Source: Octopus sinensis
Taxonomy: Eukaryota
Assembly (NCBI RefSeq): GCF_006345805.1
Contig: NW_021835757.1
Coordinates: 1 to 38,752, forward strand
Length of the DNA: 38,752 nt
Direction of reading: 5' to 3'
Positions 11,302 through 23,803 of the stretch are shown piece after piece. Every line of letters starts with the position of its first letter. The stretch's first letter is position 1. A program made the translations under genes and the position numbers. Under the pieces are notes generated by a model. It did no database searches and had not been told where the DNA came from. It saw nothing but the letters and a program-made list of their open reading frames with translations.

Positions 11302-11473
11302 ATAGCAAATATTCTGCTCTATACCATAAATTTGTTTTGTCAGTTGCTTGATCTTAACCCCTTGAGCATGTCCCTTAGTGGCTGGCGATATGTGCATCTT
11401 TAATCATGAACAGGAGTAGTAGGGGGAGCATTATAACCATGTGTTGAGAGATATTCTTTGGGAGTTTGAATAA
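11302..11473. mobile_element. Diverged, inverted internal fragment of the ~550-nt element
   Basis: gagcatgtcccttagtggctg...ccatgtgttgagag is the reverse complement of the family core. Confidence 0.75.
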
Positions 11474-11727
11474 ATGTAATAAAAGCAAAGTCTGAAGGAA
11501 ATATTATTCCAGGAAGAAGCAAATTAGAAATAACAGATGCTACCCAAAGACAAAAATTGTGTTACACAGTGTTATTCTTTTTGTGTTGTTTTGTTTTTGT
11601 TATTTGCTTTGATTTTCTGTTTACAAGCATTTGGGCTTTGTTGTGAGATGTTACGGCCTCTTACAACTGCTCAAGTGCTACGCTTCTAGTTCTGAACATT
11701 CTCGTCTAAGGTGATCCTTCATTACTC

Positions 11728-11784
<57 letters not shown>

Positions 11785-12015
11785 AGAATTTTATGTCTCT
11801 TGCTGTTGGTGTTGCATTAATTTCTATTTTATTTCTTATTCGGTTCGTGATAAATTCGTTTTCGATCGGAGACAAACTCTTCCTTTTGTTCAAAGAACGT
11901 TTGTCACCTTTTCATAATGGTGGGTTCTCCGTGTTTTAGTCAAGATCTATTATCAGACGTTCTTTTGATTTCGAGTATTCCGTCTTTTTTTATATTATTA
12001 TATTTCTGAAGTATT

Positions 12016-12020
12016 TCTCT

Positions 12021-12058
<38 letters not shown>

Positions 12059-12478
12059 CCTACATCTATTTATTTCTCTCTGTGTCTCTTTTTTTCTATC
12101 TTTATCTCTCTCCCTCTCTCTCTCCACCAATCCCTCTCTATTTCTTCTCACCCTTTCTCTTCTTTCCTTCTCCCCTTCTCTCTCTCTCTTTCTTTCTTCT
12201 CTCCCTGTCTTTCTGTCTTTTCCGCTCTCTCTCTCTTTCTCTCCCTCTTTTTCTCATTCTCTCTATTCCTCTCTCTCTCCCTTTTTCTACCCTTCTCTCT
12301 ATCCCCTCTCCCTCTTTCTCCCTCCTCCTCTCCTCCTCCTCTCTATCCCTCTCTATCCCGCCTTCTCCCTCTCTTCCTATCTCCTCTTCTATAGCTCCTT
12401 TTCTCCCTCTTTCCCGCTCTTTCCCTCTATCACCTTCTTCCTCTCTTCCTCTCTCCCCCTCTCTTTCTTCCTCTCTCT
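12016..12478. repeat. (CT)n / polypyrimidine low-complexity tract
   Basis: Direct inspection. Confidence 0.9.
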
Positions 12479-12589
12479 AACTGTGCACTTACGTCTTTGA
12501 GTTCAGTTAGGTTTACTGAAATTCTTATATTTTTGTCTGTGTGTCTGTTTTCACGTTGTTTGCTTGGTTTTCAATATTCCTGTGTGTTT

Positions 12590-13165
12590 AAGGCGGCAAG
12601 CTAGCAGAATCGTAAACCGCGCCGGACAAAATGCTTAGTCGCATTTCGTCCGTCTTTACCACCTATGTTCAAATTCCATCGAGCTCAACTTCGCCTTCCA
12701 TCCTTTCGAAGTCGATAAAGTACCAGTTGAGCATTGCTGTCCTTGTACTAAAATTTGAACCCAATATTCTTTTCTACTACAGCCAGAAGGCCCGAAAATT
12801 TGGAGAAGAGGGCCAGTCGATTAGATCGACCCCAGTACGCAACTGGTACTTAATTTTTCTACCCAGAAGGGATGAAACGCAAAGTCGACCTCGGCGGAAT
12901 TTGAACTCAGAACGTAAAGACAGACAGAATACCTATTTCTTTACTACCCACAAGGGGCTAAACACAGAGGGAACAAACAAGGACAGACAGACGGATTAAG
13001 TCGATTATATCGACCCCAGTGCGTAACTAGTACTTAATTTATCGACCCCGAAAGGATGAAAGGCAAAGTCGACCTCGGCGGAATTTGAACTCAGAACGTA
13101 ACGGCAGACGAAATACGGCTACGCATTTCGCCCGGGGTGCTAACGTTTCTGCCAGCTCGCCGCCT
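12590..13165. mobile_element. SINE family A cluster: + copy at 12590-12770 and - strand dimer at 12770-13165
   Basis: Family motifs on both strands. Confidence 0.75.
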
Positions 13166-13271
13166 TTGAAACCAATATTCATGTATGTGTTGACCCGAGT
13201 GATCATCGACTTTCCTTCGAAAGTATTCGCTGCACGAATTATTTCATTGAACCAGCTGCTATCTGTTGTAA

Positions 13272-13342
13272 CCAGATTTAAATCTGCCTTGTCCAGATTT
13301 AAATCTGCTTTGTCCAGATAAAAATCTGCCTTGTCCAGATTA
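13272..13342. repeat. 21-bp tandem repeat (about 3.5 units) with internal palindrome cagatttaaatctg
   Basis: ccagatttaaatctgccttgt repeated. Confidence 0.85.
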
Positions 13343-13760
13343 GCTCGTTTTACTATCGTTGCTATTTTATCGTTAATCTCTACCCTTGCGAGGTATTTTC
13401 ATTGAGCTACAATAGAATCTTTTGTTAATTTTTTATTTATTAACTTCTTTCACCTTTAGATTTATTGTGCTCGACTTCCTATCTTTAAAATGTTTTGTTC
13501 TTGAAACTTGTTCATGTTCCTCTTTATACATATTTCTCAATGCTTTCTTTTGCTTCGGTTTTTATTTACCAGTATACTGTCGATGTTTCTGGCGTTTGAT
13601 TTTTAATGTGTGTTTTATTATTCCCTTTATTTACCACGTGTGAGGTCTATTCTCGTAACTTACATTCTCGATATATTTATTTTCGCCGTTTGCTCTATGT
13701 TTTAAATTTCGTGTTTCTTATGTAATCTTTCTTTTAAATGTTAGAATATATATATATATA

Positions 13761-13960
13761 CTTTATTTAAAGCAGCAGAAAATTCAACAAAACCTGTTAC
13801 TCTGAGTTTCCCGTTGCCGTTCATCGGACAACGGCAACGGAAAACTCAGAGTAACAGGTTTTGTTGAATTTTTATGCTGCTTTAAATAAAGCATATTACT
13901 CTACCACTGGTATTTGAGTACTCCTTTTTCCACCTTGTTTCACATTTATGTGTTTACTCC

Positions 13961-13962
<2 letters not shown>
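13761..13962. mobile_element. Penelope-like short insertion in (TA)n with 61-bp inverted arms and a hammerhead-like motif
   Basis: Arms 13761-13821 and 13830-13891; minus TGT-CCGATGA-ACGGCAACGG-GAAACTCAGAGTA-ACA. Confidence 0.6.
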
Positions 13963-13996
<34 letters not shown>

Positions 13997-14729
13997 AAAT
14001 ACTTCATAAGCTCTCTGTTGGTGCACCAAGCTAACAATATTAGTTAGATTAGTAAAGAACTCCGAGTAATCGTGTGGTAGGTTTCCAAGTTATGGTTCAT
14101 CATAATTCTATTTTGTAAATCCGTGGATGGGCACCAGATAAACTGGTTTTTACAGAGTGATATATAAGAAACAAATTTAAAATAATGATCATTACATATA
14201 ATTCCTCTATAAGAACAAATCTGGCTTACATCTGTTTCCAGTAATCATTATAGGTACATTACTGATAGGTTTACTCATTTGATCAGTGGATCATTTGAGG
14301 TGAATTGAACAACCTAAGAAAATTAATGCTACTTTCGTCAGAGACATTTCTGGAAATATACATGTATGTATGTATGTATGTATGTATGTATGTATGTATG
14401 TATGTATGTATGTATGTTGTATGTATGTATGTATGTATGTATGTATGTATGTATGTATGTATGTATGTATGTATGTATGTATGAATGTATGTATGTGCTA
14501 AACCTCGCTAAGATAAATATTTCAATTACCTGAAGATTGACTGTAACCATAACTCGAATTATTACAAATTGTACAGTCATGAAACGATCGTAGTGTTTTA
14601 CTCTTTATCTTTTATTAAACTTTTAATACTTTTAATATATATTTAAAATAATATATATTAATTAATTTTATGTATTGGCTTATGTTTTTCATTGTTTGAT
14701 TTGCCTAATAGTGGTTTTATCTCTAATTT

Positions 14730-14796
<67 letters not shown>

Positions 14797-14801
<5 letters not shown>

Positions 14802-15004
14802 ATCACTAGCCACTACACACATTTTTTTCTCCTTGTTTCTTTCTGTGGAAGAGCGTAGGCTCGAAACGTTAAGACTTTTTCAATTCCCGACCGTTATACT
14901 AATACATCTGTTTGTTTTCTACACCACCTGTCTTCGTCTTTTGTTATTTTGTTTTTGTAAAATATCCTTATATATATATGTATGTATGTATGTATATGCA
15001 TATG

Positions 15005-15078
<74 letters not shown>

Positions 15079-15371
15079 GTATAGTATATAGTATATATAT
15101 ATATATATATATTATATGATAGAGCAATAGCCACTACACACATTTTCTCTCCTTGTTTCTTTCTGTGGAAGAGCGTAGGCTCGAAACGTTAAAGACTTTT
15201 TCAATCCCGACCGTGATACTAATACATCTGTTTGTTTTCTACACCACCTGTTTCGTCTTTTGTTATTGTTTTTTGTAAAAATACCTATATATATATGTAT
15301 GTATGTATGTATATGCATATGTCTGTTATATATATATATATATATATTAATATATATATTATATATATATA

Positions 15372-15405
<34 letters not shown>
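14797..15405 (+). mobile_element. Tandem pair of ~170-nt (TA)n-embedded elements carrying minimal hammerhead-like motifs
   Basis: Units at about 14797-14968 and 15117-15287, each with ctgtggaagagcgtaggctcgaaacgtta; third copy at 26735-27085. Confidence 0.65.
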
Positions 15406-15410
<5 letters not shown>

Positions 15411-15989
15411 TACTTGACCCTAAATAAAAAATAAGCCTTGAGTTTGATTTGTTCGACTAAACCCTTCAAAACGGTCCCTCAGCGTTGCAGCAATCCAATG
15501 ACTACAACAAATAATAGAAAAAATATATATATTTCCTTTTTTTAATAATAAAATTTTTAAATGGCATCAAGTGGCGAAAAACAGAGAGTAGTAAGGGAAA
15601 ATGGGAGAATGGGGAGTAAAGAAGAGAAAACACTCCTCTTCATTATGCGAAATGTAAAAGCTCTCGAGTAGGACTCAAAGTCTGTTAAGAAAATATTAAC
15701 AACAGCTAAGTAAACACTTGGTATCATCGTCAAGTCTGACCATGGCAACAACAGTAACACCTCTGCTGTCACCGACATCGATGGCGGTAGCATTGAAATT
15801 AGTGCAAACGTAATAAGAGACAACAGCCGGATCGGCTGCTAGCGACAGCGCCCACCACCACTACCACCGCCGCCGCCATTACTATTCTACAACCGAAAAG
15901 CGTCTCGTTTTTTTTAACCCCATTATTTCAACAGTCGGGACTTCTACAAACTACAAGGCAATATCGTTCCTGAAAAAAAAAAATATTAA

Positions 15990-16620
15990 GATGATGAGCC
16001 GACAGAATCGTTAACACGCCGGGCAGAATGCTTAGCGACATTTTGCTTATCTTTACATTCTGAGTTCGAATTCCGCCGAGGTCGACTTTGCCTCTCATCT
16101 TTTCGGGGTCGATTAAATAAGTACCAGTTACGCACTGGGGTCGATATAATCGACTTAATCCATTTGTCTGTCCTTGTTTGTCCTCTCTGTGCTTATCCCC
16201 TTGTGGGTAGTAAAGAAATAGGTATTTCAGCTGCCGCTACGTTCTGAGTTGAAATTCCGCCGAGATTGACTTTGCCTTTTATTTTTTCAGGGTCAATAAA
16301 ATAAGTGTCAGTTGAGCACTGGAGTCGATGTAATCGATTTATCCTCTCCCCCGGAATTGCTAGCCTTGTGCCCCAATTTGAAATCAATATTGTTCCTCAA
16401 TATTGTTCCTCAAAGTAAGACGATTAGCTAGCGGAATAGTTAGCACGTCGACCAAAATGCTTAGCGGCATTGCGTCCGTTTTTACGTTTTGAGTTCAAAT
16501 ATAGCCGAGGTCGACTTCGACTTTTATCTTTCCGAGGTCGATAAAATAATACCAGTCGAGTACATGGGTTGATGTAATCGACTTAACCGCCCCGTTCCTT
16601 GAAATTGCTGGCCTTGTGCC
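15990..16620 (+). mobile_element. SINE family A dimer plus a further copy
   Basis: Family motifs; dimer junction aaagaaata|ggtatttc at about 16220. Confidence 0.75.
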
Positions 16621-17451
16621 GTTCTTCAAAGTAACACAGTTGAGATTGGAGCATTCACTTGCAAAAATAATTGAAAAGATTATTCTTTACCAATGTGTGA
16701 ACAGAAAAACTCTGTTCCAGTGCGAGAGGGATTATCAAAAAATTGTGGATTCTATGTCATATCACAAAGGAAAAGCAATATGAACATTTTCAGTGAAAAC
16801 TGAGAAACAAACACGCTCTTCCGAGGAGTATTTGTTTATTTCCGATGCTCTCTGTGTGACGGCGAGTAATTAGCGAGGCATTCAGCAGTGTAAAAACGTT
16901 AATTTCGATGACGTCAGTTGTCTCCCCTACGAGCGAATCTCAAACGTCTCACACATAAGTGTCTCTGTTAGTATCCTTCATTAAAATCTAATTCCTTTAT
17001 ATGGTTTCCATACATAGGAACTGAAACCAGTAAGTGATATTTTACGTGGTCTCCTGACTAACTAGAAATGGTAGACGAATAATCCTACTTAAATATTAAA
17101 ATAATGTAGTCAAAACTACGCAATAAGGAAAAGACGAGACGTTCATGGCTGGAACACTCTTGATCATAGATCTGCTCAGACAGAGCTAATATTGGGTTAA
17201 ATAACAATATCAACATCCTAATATAAAATCTAAATACGAAAATCTATATTTAAACTGTATAAAAACAACACAGAACCGTAAGTCTAATAAAATATCTGAC
17301 ATAGGTTGTAAATGATTTTTGTTGTTAATAAGATTGTAATATTTCAGACTTTAAACCATAACTTCAGACATAAAAAATAACGTTCAATATTTACAGTTTA
17401 CTCAACGTTATGGTACAAAGAGAAGGGGAATTGACGAAGTTGTTAGAATGT

Positions 17452-18303
17452 CGGCGAACTGGCAGAAACTTTAGCACGCCGGGCGAAATGCGTAGCCGTA
17501 CTTCGTCTGCCGTTACGTTCTGAGTTCAAATTCCACCAAGGTCGACTTCGCCTATCATCCTTTCGGGGTCGATAAATTAAGTACCAGTTACGCACTGGGG
17601 TCGATATAATCGACTTAATCCGTCTGTCTGTCCTTGTTTGTCCCCTCTATGTTTAGCCCCTTGTGGGTAGTAAAGAAATAAGAAACGTTAGCACGCCGGA
17701 CGAAATGCTTAGTGGTATTTCGTCTGTCGTTACGTTCTGAGTTCAAATTCCGCCGAGGACGACTTTGCCTTTCATCTTTTCGGGGTCAATAAATTAAGTA
17801 CCAGTTACGCACTGGGGTCGATATAATCGACTTGATCCGTTTGTCTGTCCTTGTTTGTCCTCTCTGTGTTTAGACCCTTGTGGGTAGTAAAGAAATAGGT
17901 ATTTCGTCTGCCGTTACGTTCTGAGTTCAAATTCTGCCGAGGTCGACTTTGCCTTTCATCCTTTCGGGGTCGATTAAATAAGTACCAGTTACGCACTGGG
18001 GTCGATATAATTGACTTAATCCGTTTGTCTGTCCTTGTTTGTCCGCTCTATGTTTAGCCCCTTCTGGGCAATAAAGAAATAAGAAACGTTAGCACGCCGG
18101 ACGAAATGCTTAGCGATATTTCGTCTGTCGTTACGTTGTGAGTTCAAATTCCGCCGAGGTCGACTTGGCCTTTCATCCTTTCGGGATCGATTAAATAAGT
18201 ACCAGATACGCATTGGGGTCGATACAATCGACTTAATCCGTTTGTCTGTCCTTGTTTGTCCTCTCTGTGTTTAGCCCCTTGTGGGTAGTAAAGAAATAGG
18301 TAT
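17452..18303 (+). mobile_element. Head-to-tail tetramer of SINE family A
   Basis: Four units (about 17452-17681, 17682-17898, 17899-18081, 18082-18303), each ending ...aaagaaata. Confidence 0.85.
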
Positions 18304-19139
18304 TTATTTCCGCATTTTGAATAAAAATAAAATCCCGTCTTAGTTTCAGGAGACGGGGGTAATGCTGAAAAACAAGTTGTGTAAAAAGATTTGTGGGATC
18401 TCATACATTTTGTGCCTATGCATTTCTGGACTTTATTTTTTTACCCCTCATTTTCACCATTTTCCTGGAAACTTTCTTTGTGTGTGAGCCCGCCAAAATG
18501 GATGAGCTCGCACACATGCATACTGACACACGTCACAAGATGAAATTATGATGTGTGTCAGTATTTACGTGTGCAAGCCTATCAATTTCTTTACATATTA
18601 AATTCCGATAAAATCGTAATCTACATCATCTGAAAAATATTTATAGAAAATTCGTTACAAAATGGCCATTTTGCTAGAAGTTAAGAGGAAACAAACTCGA
18701 CTCATGTGAATTTTTCAAAGCTTCTCTCTCCATCTTCGGAGAAAACTATTTATAACAAATTCCGATATAATCAGATTCTGGTCCATCTGAAGCATATTTG
18801 TAAAAGAATGTCATTAATAAATATCCATTTTTCTGGATTTTATGAGGAAACAAAGTTGGTGAAGCACGTTTGTATAGATATGTTCAACGTGTCTTCCCTC
18901 ATATCTATATTTTACAGAGATTTTTAACAAAAGCATTCCACTACTATTCTTTCGTATTGTGGTAGATCTGACCTTTCCATTATTGAAACTTCTAAGGTGC
19001 TTAAATTCAAGATTGCTCTTTCTGCGAATTGTATTGTTTTTATGTTTTGTCCACAACATTATTCTCTATGGGAAGATGGCATTCCAATCTCATTTCCAGA
19101 CATCTCATATAGCGTATGTATGGGTGGAAGGATGCATGT

Positions 19140-20045
19140 GTGAATGGATGGATGGATGGTTGCTTGGATTGATGGATGGATGGATGGCTGACTGGTTGGA
19201 TGGATGGATGGATGGATGGATGATGGATGGATAGCTGAATGGTTGGATGGATGACTGATGGATGGATAGATGGATGGATTGATGGATGTATGTATGGATG
19301 GATGGATGGATGGATGGCTGATGGATGGATGGATGGCTGACTGGTTGGATGGATGACTGATGGCTGATTGGCTGGCTGACTGGATGGATGGATGATGGAT
19401 GGATAGCTGAATGGTTGGATGGATGACTGATGGATGGATGGATTCATGGATGGATGGATGGATGGATGGATGACTGGTTGGATGGATGGCTGATGGCTGA
19501 CTGGCTGGATGGGTGGATGGCTGATGGATGGATGATGGATGGATGATGGATGGATAGCTGAATGGTTGGATGGATGACTGATGGATGGATGGATAGATGG
19601 ATGGCTGACTGGTTGGTTGGATGGATGGGTAGATGGATGGATGGATGATGGATGGATAACTGAATGGTTGGATGGATGACTGATGGATGGATGGATGGAT
19701 TGATGGATGGATGGATGGATGGATGGCTGATGGATGGATGGCTGACTGGTTGGATGGATGGCTGATGGCTGACTGGCTGGACGGATGATGGATGGCTAGC
19801 TGGATGGATAGCTGAACGGTTGGATGGATGGCTGATGGATGGATGGATTGATGGATGGATGGATGGATGGATGGTTGGATGGTTGGATGGATGGATGGAT
19901 GGATGGATGGATGGATGGATGGATAGATGGATGGATGGATGGATGGCTGACTTGTTGGGTGGATGGTTGATGGCTGACTAGCTGGATGGCTAGATGGAAG
20001 GATGTCTGTATGGCTGGATGGCTGGATGGATAGACGGATGTATGG
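19140..20045. repeat. Compound (GGAT)n satellite with higher-order repeats
   Basis: Direct inspection; recurring gatagctgaatggttggatggatgactgatgg block. Confidence 0.9.
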
Positions 20046-20332
20046 ATGTGCCGAAACGTAGAAATATTCGGGTTGGTGTCCGAGGTTGCAGTAAACCCAC
20101 CGGGAATGTGGAACCCCTGGTCTTTGTGAAGACACCTCTCTAGGAAAAGGCTAGCTCGTATATTAAACCCGCTGCTCTACAGAGCCAAATATCTCACATT
20201 TTGCTTATTGCCAGTGAGAGTCGTTGTGTTGCTGAGCAAATCGCACTCGACTTAGAACACTTGCACGAACATTGTTGACACATCTGTTGGCGATGGTCAG
20301 ACTCGTCAAACGAGTAGGCAGCCATCACTTTT

Positions 20333-20487
20333 GTATGTATGTATGTATGTATGTATGTATGTACGTATGTATGTATGTATGTATGTATGCATGCATGTAT
20401 GTATGTATGCATGCATGCATGTATGTATATGTATGCATGCATGTATGTATGTATGTATGCATGCATGCATGTATGTATATATGTATG

Positions 20488-20519
<32 letters not shown>

Positions 20520-20634
20520 TGCATGCATGCATGCATGTATGTATATATGTATGTATGTATATGTATGTATGTATGTATGGATGGATGGATGGATGTATTA
20601 TGTATGCATGCATGCATGTATGTATATATGTATG

Positions 20635-20668
<34 letters not shown>

Positions 20669-20785
20669 TGTATGTATGTATGTGTGTGTGTGTGTATGTA
20701 TGTATGATGTATGTATGCATGCATGCATGTATGTATGTATGTATGTATGTATGTATGTATGTATGTATGTATGTATGTATGTATG
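20333..20785. repeat. (TATG)n/(CATG)n microsatellite
   Basis: Direct inspection. Confidence 0.95.
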
Positions 20786-20862
20786 AAAGGTGAATACCTA
20801 CGTGCTTCCATACACACATAAATATCAACATAAATTTTTGCGAAAAATGTAATTGATATTTT

Positions 20863-21098
20863 TATGTGTATCCCCTCTTTTACGGTACGTCGCCATCCAC
20901 GGTTGCCGGCAACTGCCTCCCAACCACTAATATTGATGTTGCAGGCCTTCATGTCCCTTTTGCAAACATCCTTGTAACGTAAGTAGTCTAGTCCGGCTTT
21001 TACATTTCATGTATTAGAACATGAATTGTAAAAGCCGGACTAGACTACTTTATGCGCAACTCCATTGTCTCCCGAGACAAAAAGGATGCCAACAACAA
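20863..21098. mobile_element. RTE-like LINE 3' insertion with internal inversion, flanked by a long direct duplication
   Basis: Minus RYKDVCKRDMKACNINISGWEAVAGNRGWRRTVKEG; plus-strand tail ccattgtctcccgagac...gatgccaacaacaa; ~80-bp direct repeats either side. Confidence 0.65.
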
Positions 21099-21457
21099 TG
21101 TATGTATGTATGTATTATGAAAGGTGAATACCTACGTGCTTCCATACACAAATAAATATCAACATAAATTTTTGCGAAAAATGTAATTGGTATTTCCGTA
21201 CACATTCTAACGGCCAGCTTTAAAATTAGCGTTGTTTAGTCATAAAACTACATCGGTTTACGATCTTCGACATAAAAATCTACGTTTCAATAAGAAAATC
21301 TATGTTCTTCAAAACCTGTAAATTTTAATAGCTAGTATAAAACACATAAACACAAAAAACAAACATACTGAAACACATTCGTTTACATATATGGAGAAAC
21401 ACAGAACACACATACACACACACACACACACGCACACACACTTATAAATATATATAA

Positions 21458-21498
<41 letters not shown>

Positions 21499-21744
21499 AC
21501 ATATAACGTTCAGACTTCCCGATGAGTACAATTGAGTAACATCAATTGCAAGAAACCTTTGGTTATGAGGAAATATTATGGTTTACCAAAATACGATCAC
21601 GTGCGTGTGTGTGTGTATGTGTGTTTGTTTGTATGTGTGTGTGTGCACGTGCGTGCGTGCGCTCGTGCGTGTATGTGTGTGCGTGCGCGTGTGAATGTGT
21701 GTGTGTGTGTGTGTACCGTATATGCCTGCATTACTGGTATATAA

Positions 21745-21955
21745 ACCGAGGGCAATGTGTAAGCAGGGTGGACGAAATGCTTAGCTGTATTTCGTCCATT
21801 GCTAGGTTCTGAGTTCAAATTCCGCCGAGGTCGATTTTGCCTTTCATCCTTTCGGGGTCGATAAATAAAGTACCGGTGAAATATTAAGGTCGATGTAATT
21901 GACTAGTCACTCCCCCAAAATTTCAGGCCTTGTGCTTATAGTAGAAGGTTTATTA

Positions 21956-22017
<62 letters not shown>

Positions 22018-22232
22018 TAGACAGCAAGCTGGCAGAATCAGTACTGCATTGGATAAAATGCTTTGCATCTCTTCTGGCTTTATGTTCTGAATTCAAATGC
22101 TGCCAAGGTCGGCCTTGCGTTTCATCATTTCGGGATCGATAAAATAAGTAGCAGTTGAGCACTGGTGTCGATGTAATTGACTTCCCCCTCTCCCCCAAAT
22201 TACTGACGTTGTGCCAAAATTTAAAACCAATA
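21745..22232 (+). mobile_element. Two SINE family A copies separated by (TTA)n
   Basis: Family motifs. Confidence 0.7.
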
Positions 22233-22278
22233 TTATCGGGTGAAAAAATTTGGATTCTCTTCGAAATATTCAATTAAT

Positions 22279-22542
22279 TATGGAGATGTACTTGCATAGC
22301 AAGTGATTTGATCTGAGATCGTGTGCTGAATCGAAAACAATTGCAGCGTGGAAGGTGTTTGTAAGCCATTTAAGAAACACACAAAAGCCGTTAGATTCAC
22401 TTCAACATTTAAGTTAAACTTGTCAAAATATTTTCGTCGCGGTCTTAAAACGACGAAAATACTTTGACAAATTAAATTTAAATGTCTAACGACTTTTGTA
22501 TGTTTCTTAAATGGCTTACAAACACCTTCCACGCTGCAATTG
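22279..22542. mobile_element. Foldback-type insertion with a 12-bp TSD (possibly a Penelope-like inverted end)
   Basis: Inverted arms spanning 22337-22543; tattcaattaat at 22267-22278 and 22543-22554. Confidence 0.65.
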
Positions 22543-22632
22543 TATTCAATTAATATTCCAAGTAAATGTTTTGCATAATATTTGCCCGGTAGCCGTGCTT
22601 TACAGTGAAGAACTAATTAATACAATCCTTGT

Positions 22633-23030
22633 AGGCGCAGGAATGGCTGTGTGGTAAGTAGCTTGCTTACGAACTTCATGGTTCCGAGTTCAGTCCCACT
22701 GCGTGGTACCTTGGGCAAGTGTCTTCTATAGCGTCAGGACACCAAAGCCTTGTGAGTGGATTTGGTAGACGGAAACTGAAAGAAGCCCGTCGTATATATG
22801 TTTATGTGTGTGTGTGTGTGTGAGCGCGCGCGCGCGCGTCCAACATCGTTTGACAACCGATGCTGGTGTGTTTACGTCCCCGTCACTTAGCAGTTTGGCA
22901 AAAGAATCCGATAGAATAAGTACTAGGCTTACAAAGAATAAGTCCTGGAGTCGATTTCCTTGACTAAAGGCGGTGCTCCAGCATAGCCGCAGTCAAATGA
23001 TTGACACAAATAAAAGGGAGTAAAAGAAAA
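22633..23030 (+). mobile_element. tRNA-derived CORE-type SINE (family B)
   Basis: aggcgcagga.tggctgtgtggtaag head, B-box gagttcagtcc, CORE-like accttgggcaagtgtc, internal (TG)n, tail gcagtcaaatga.tga.acaa.taaaag. Confidence 0.8.
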
Positions 23031-23180
23031 AAAAGAGTGTTCAAGATATAATACAGCTTAAATATTTCATAATCTGTGATTCTGATAGTCACGTACGTCA
23101 CGCGAGAAGGCGTTTTCTTTATATTTTCTCTCTTATTTATCTTTTTTTTTTGTTTTTGTTTGTTTCAGTCAAAACCCAAG

Positions 23181-23343
23181 ATGACTACAAATGTTGAAGA
23201 AGCGAAAATCCCTAAAGACACTGACGCCATGTCACGAGGCAGTTGGGACAGTAAAATTGAATTCATCCTCGCCTGTATTGGCTATTCCGTTGGATTAGGC
23301 AATGTGTGGCGTTTCCCGTACTTAGTTTTCAAGAACGGAGGTG
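23181..23343 (+). CDS. SLC6 (neurotransmitter:sodium symporter) amino-acid transporter, glycine/proline-transporter-like, coding exon 1
   Basis: Acceptor tttcag ends at 23168 and ATG is at 23181. Translates [54 protein letters not shown], the SLC6 TM1 signature with G rather than the monoamine-transporter D. Donor G|gtaag, phase 1. Confidence 0.95.
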
Positions 23344-23602
23344 GTAAGTAAAAGGTGGTAGTAATTTGCATAATTAAAATATATAACAAATTATGCAAAT
23401 TATTATACAACTGACCAAAACTTTTTGCAACTACATATGTAAATTAAAGCAAATCATAATCGCTGATGATGTTCAATAATACCGAAACATGACTGCAACC
23501 CTCACTGCGATTGCTAATAGAAGACATCCATATTTTTTATTTATGAAATGAATTATTTCACTGAAATTATCTCTCCTTTCCTTTAAGAATCTAAAACATT
23601 AC

Positions 23603-23763
23603 AGGCGCAGGATTGGCTGTGTGGTAAGTAGCTTGCTAACCAACCTCATGGTTCCGGGTTCAGTCCTACAGCGTGGCATCATGGACGAGTGTCTTCTACT
23701 ATAGCCTCGGGCCAACCAAAGCTTTGTGAGTGGATTTGATAGATGGAAACTGAAAGAAGCCCA

Positions 23764-23803
<40 letters not shown>

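Noticed and set aside
20068-20170. Possible HDV-like ribozyme or RTE 5' UTR
   Set aside because: A CCAC/GTGG hairpin is present, but I could not assemble P1, P1.1 and P2 consistently.
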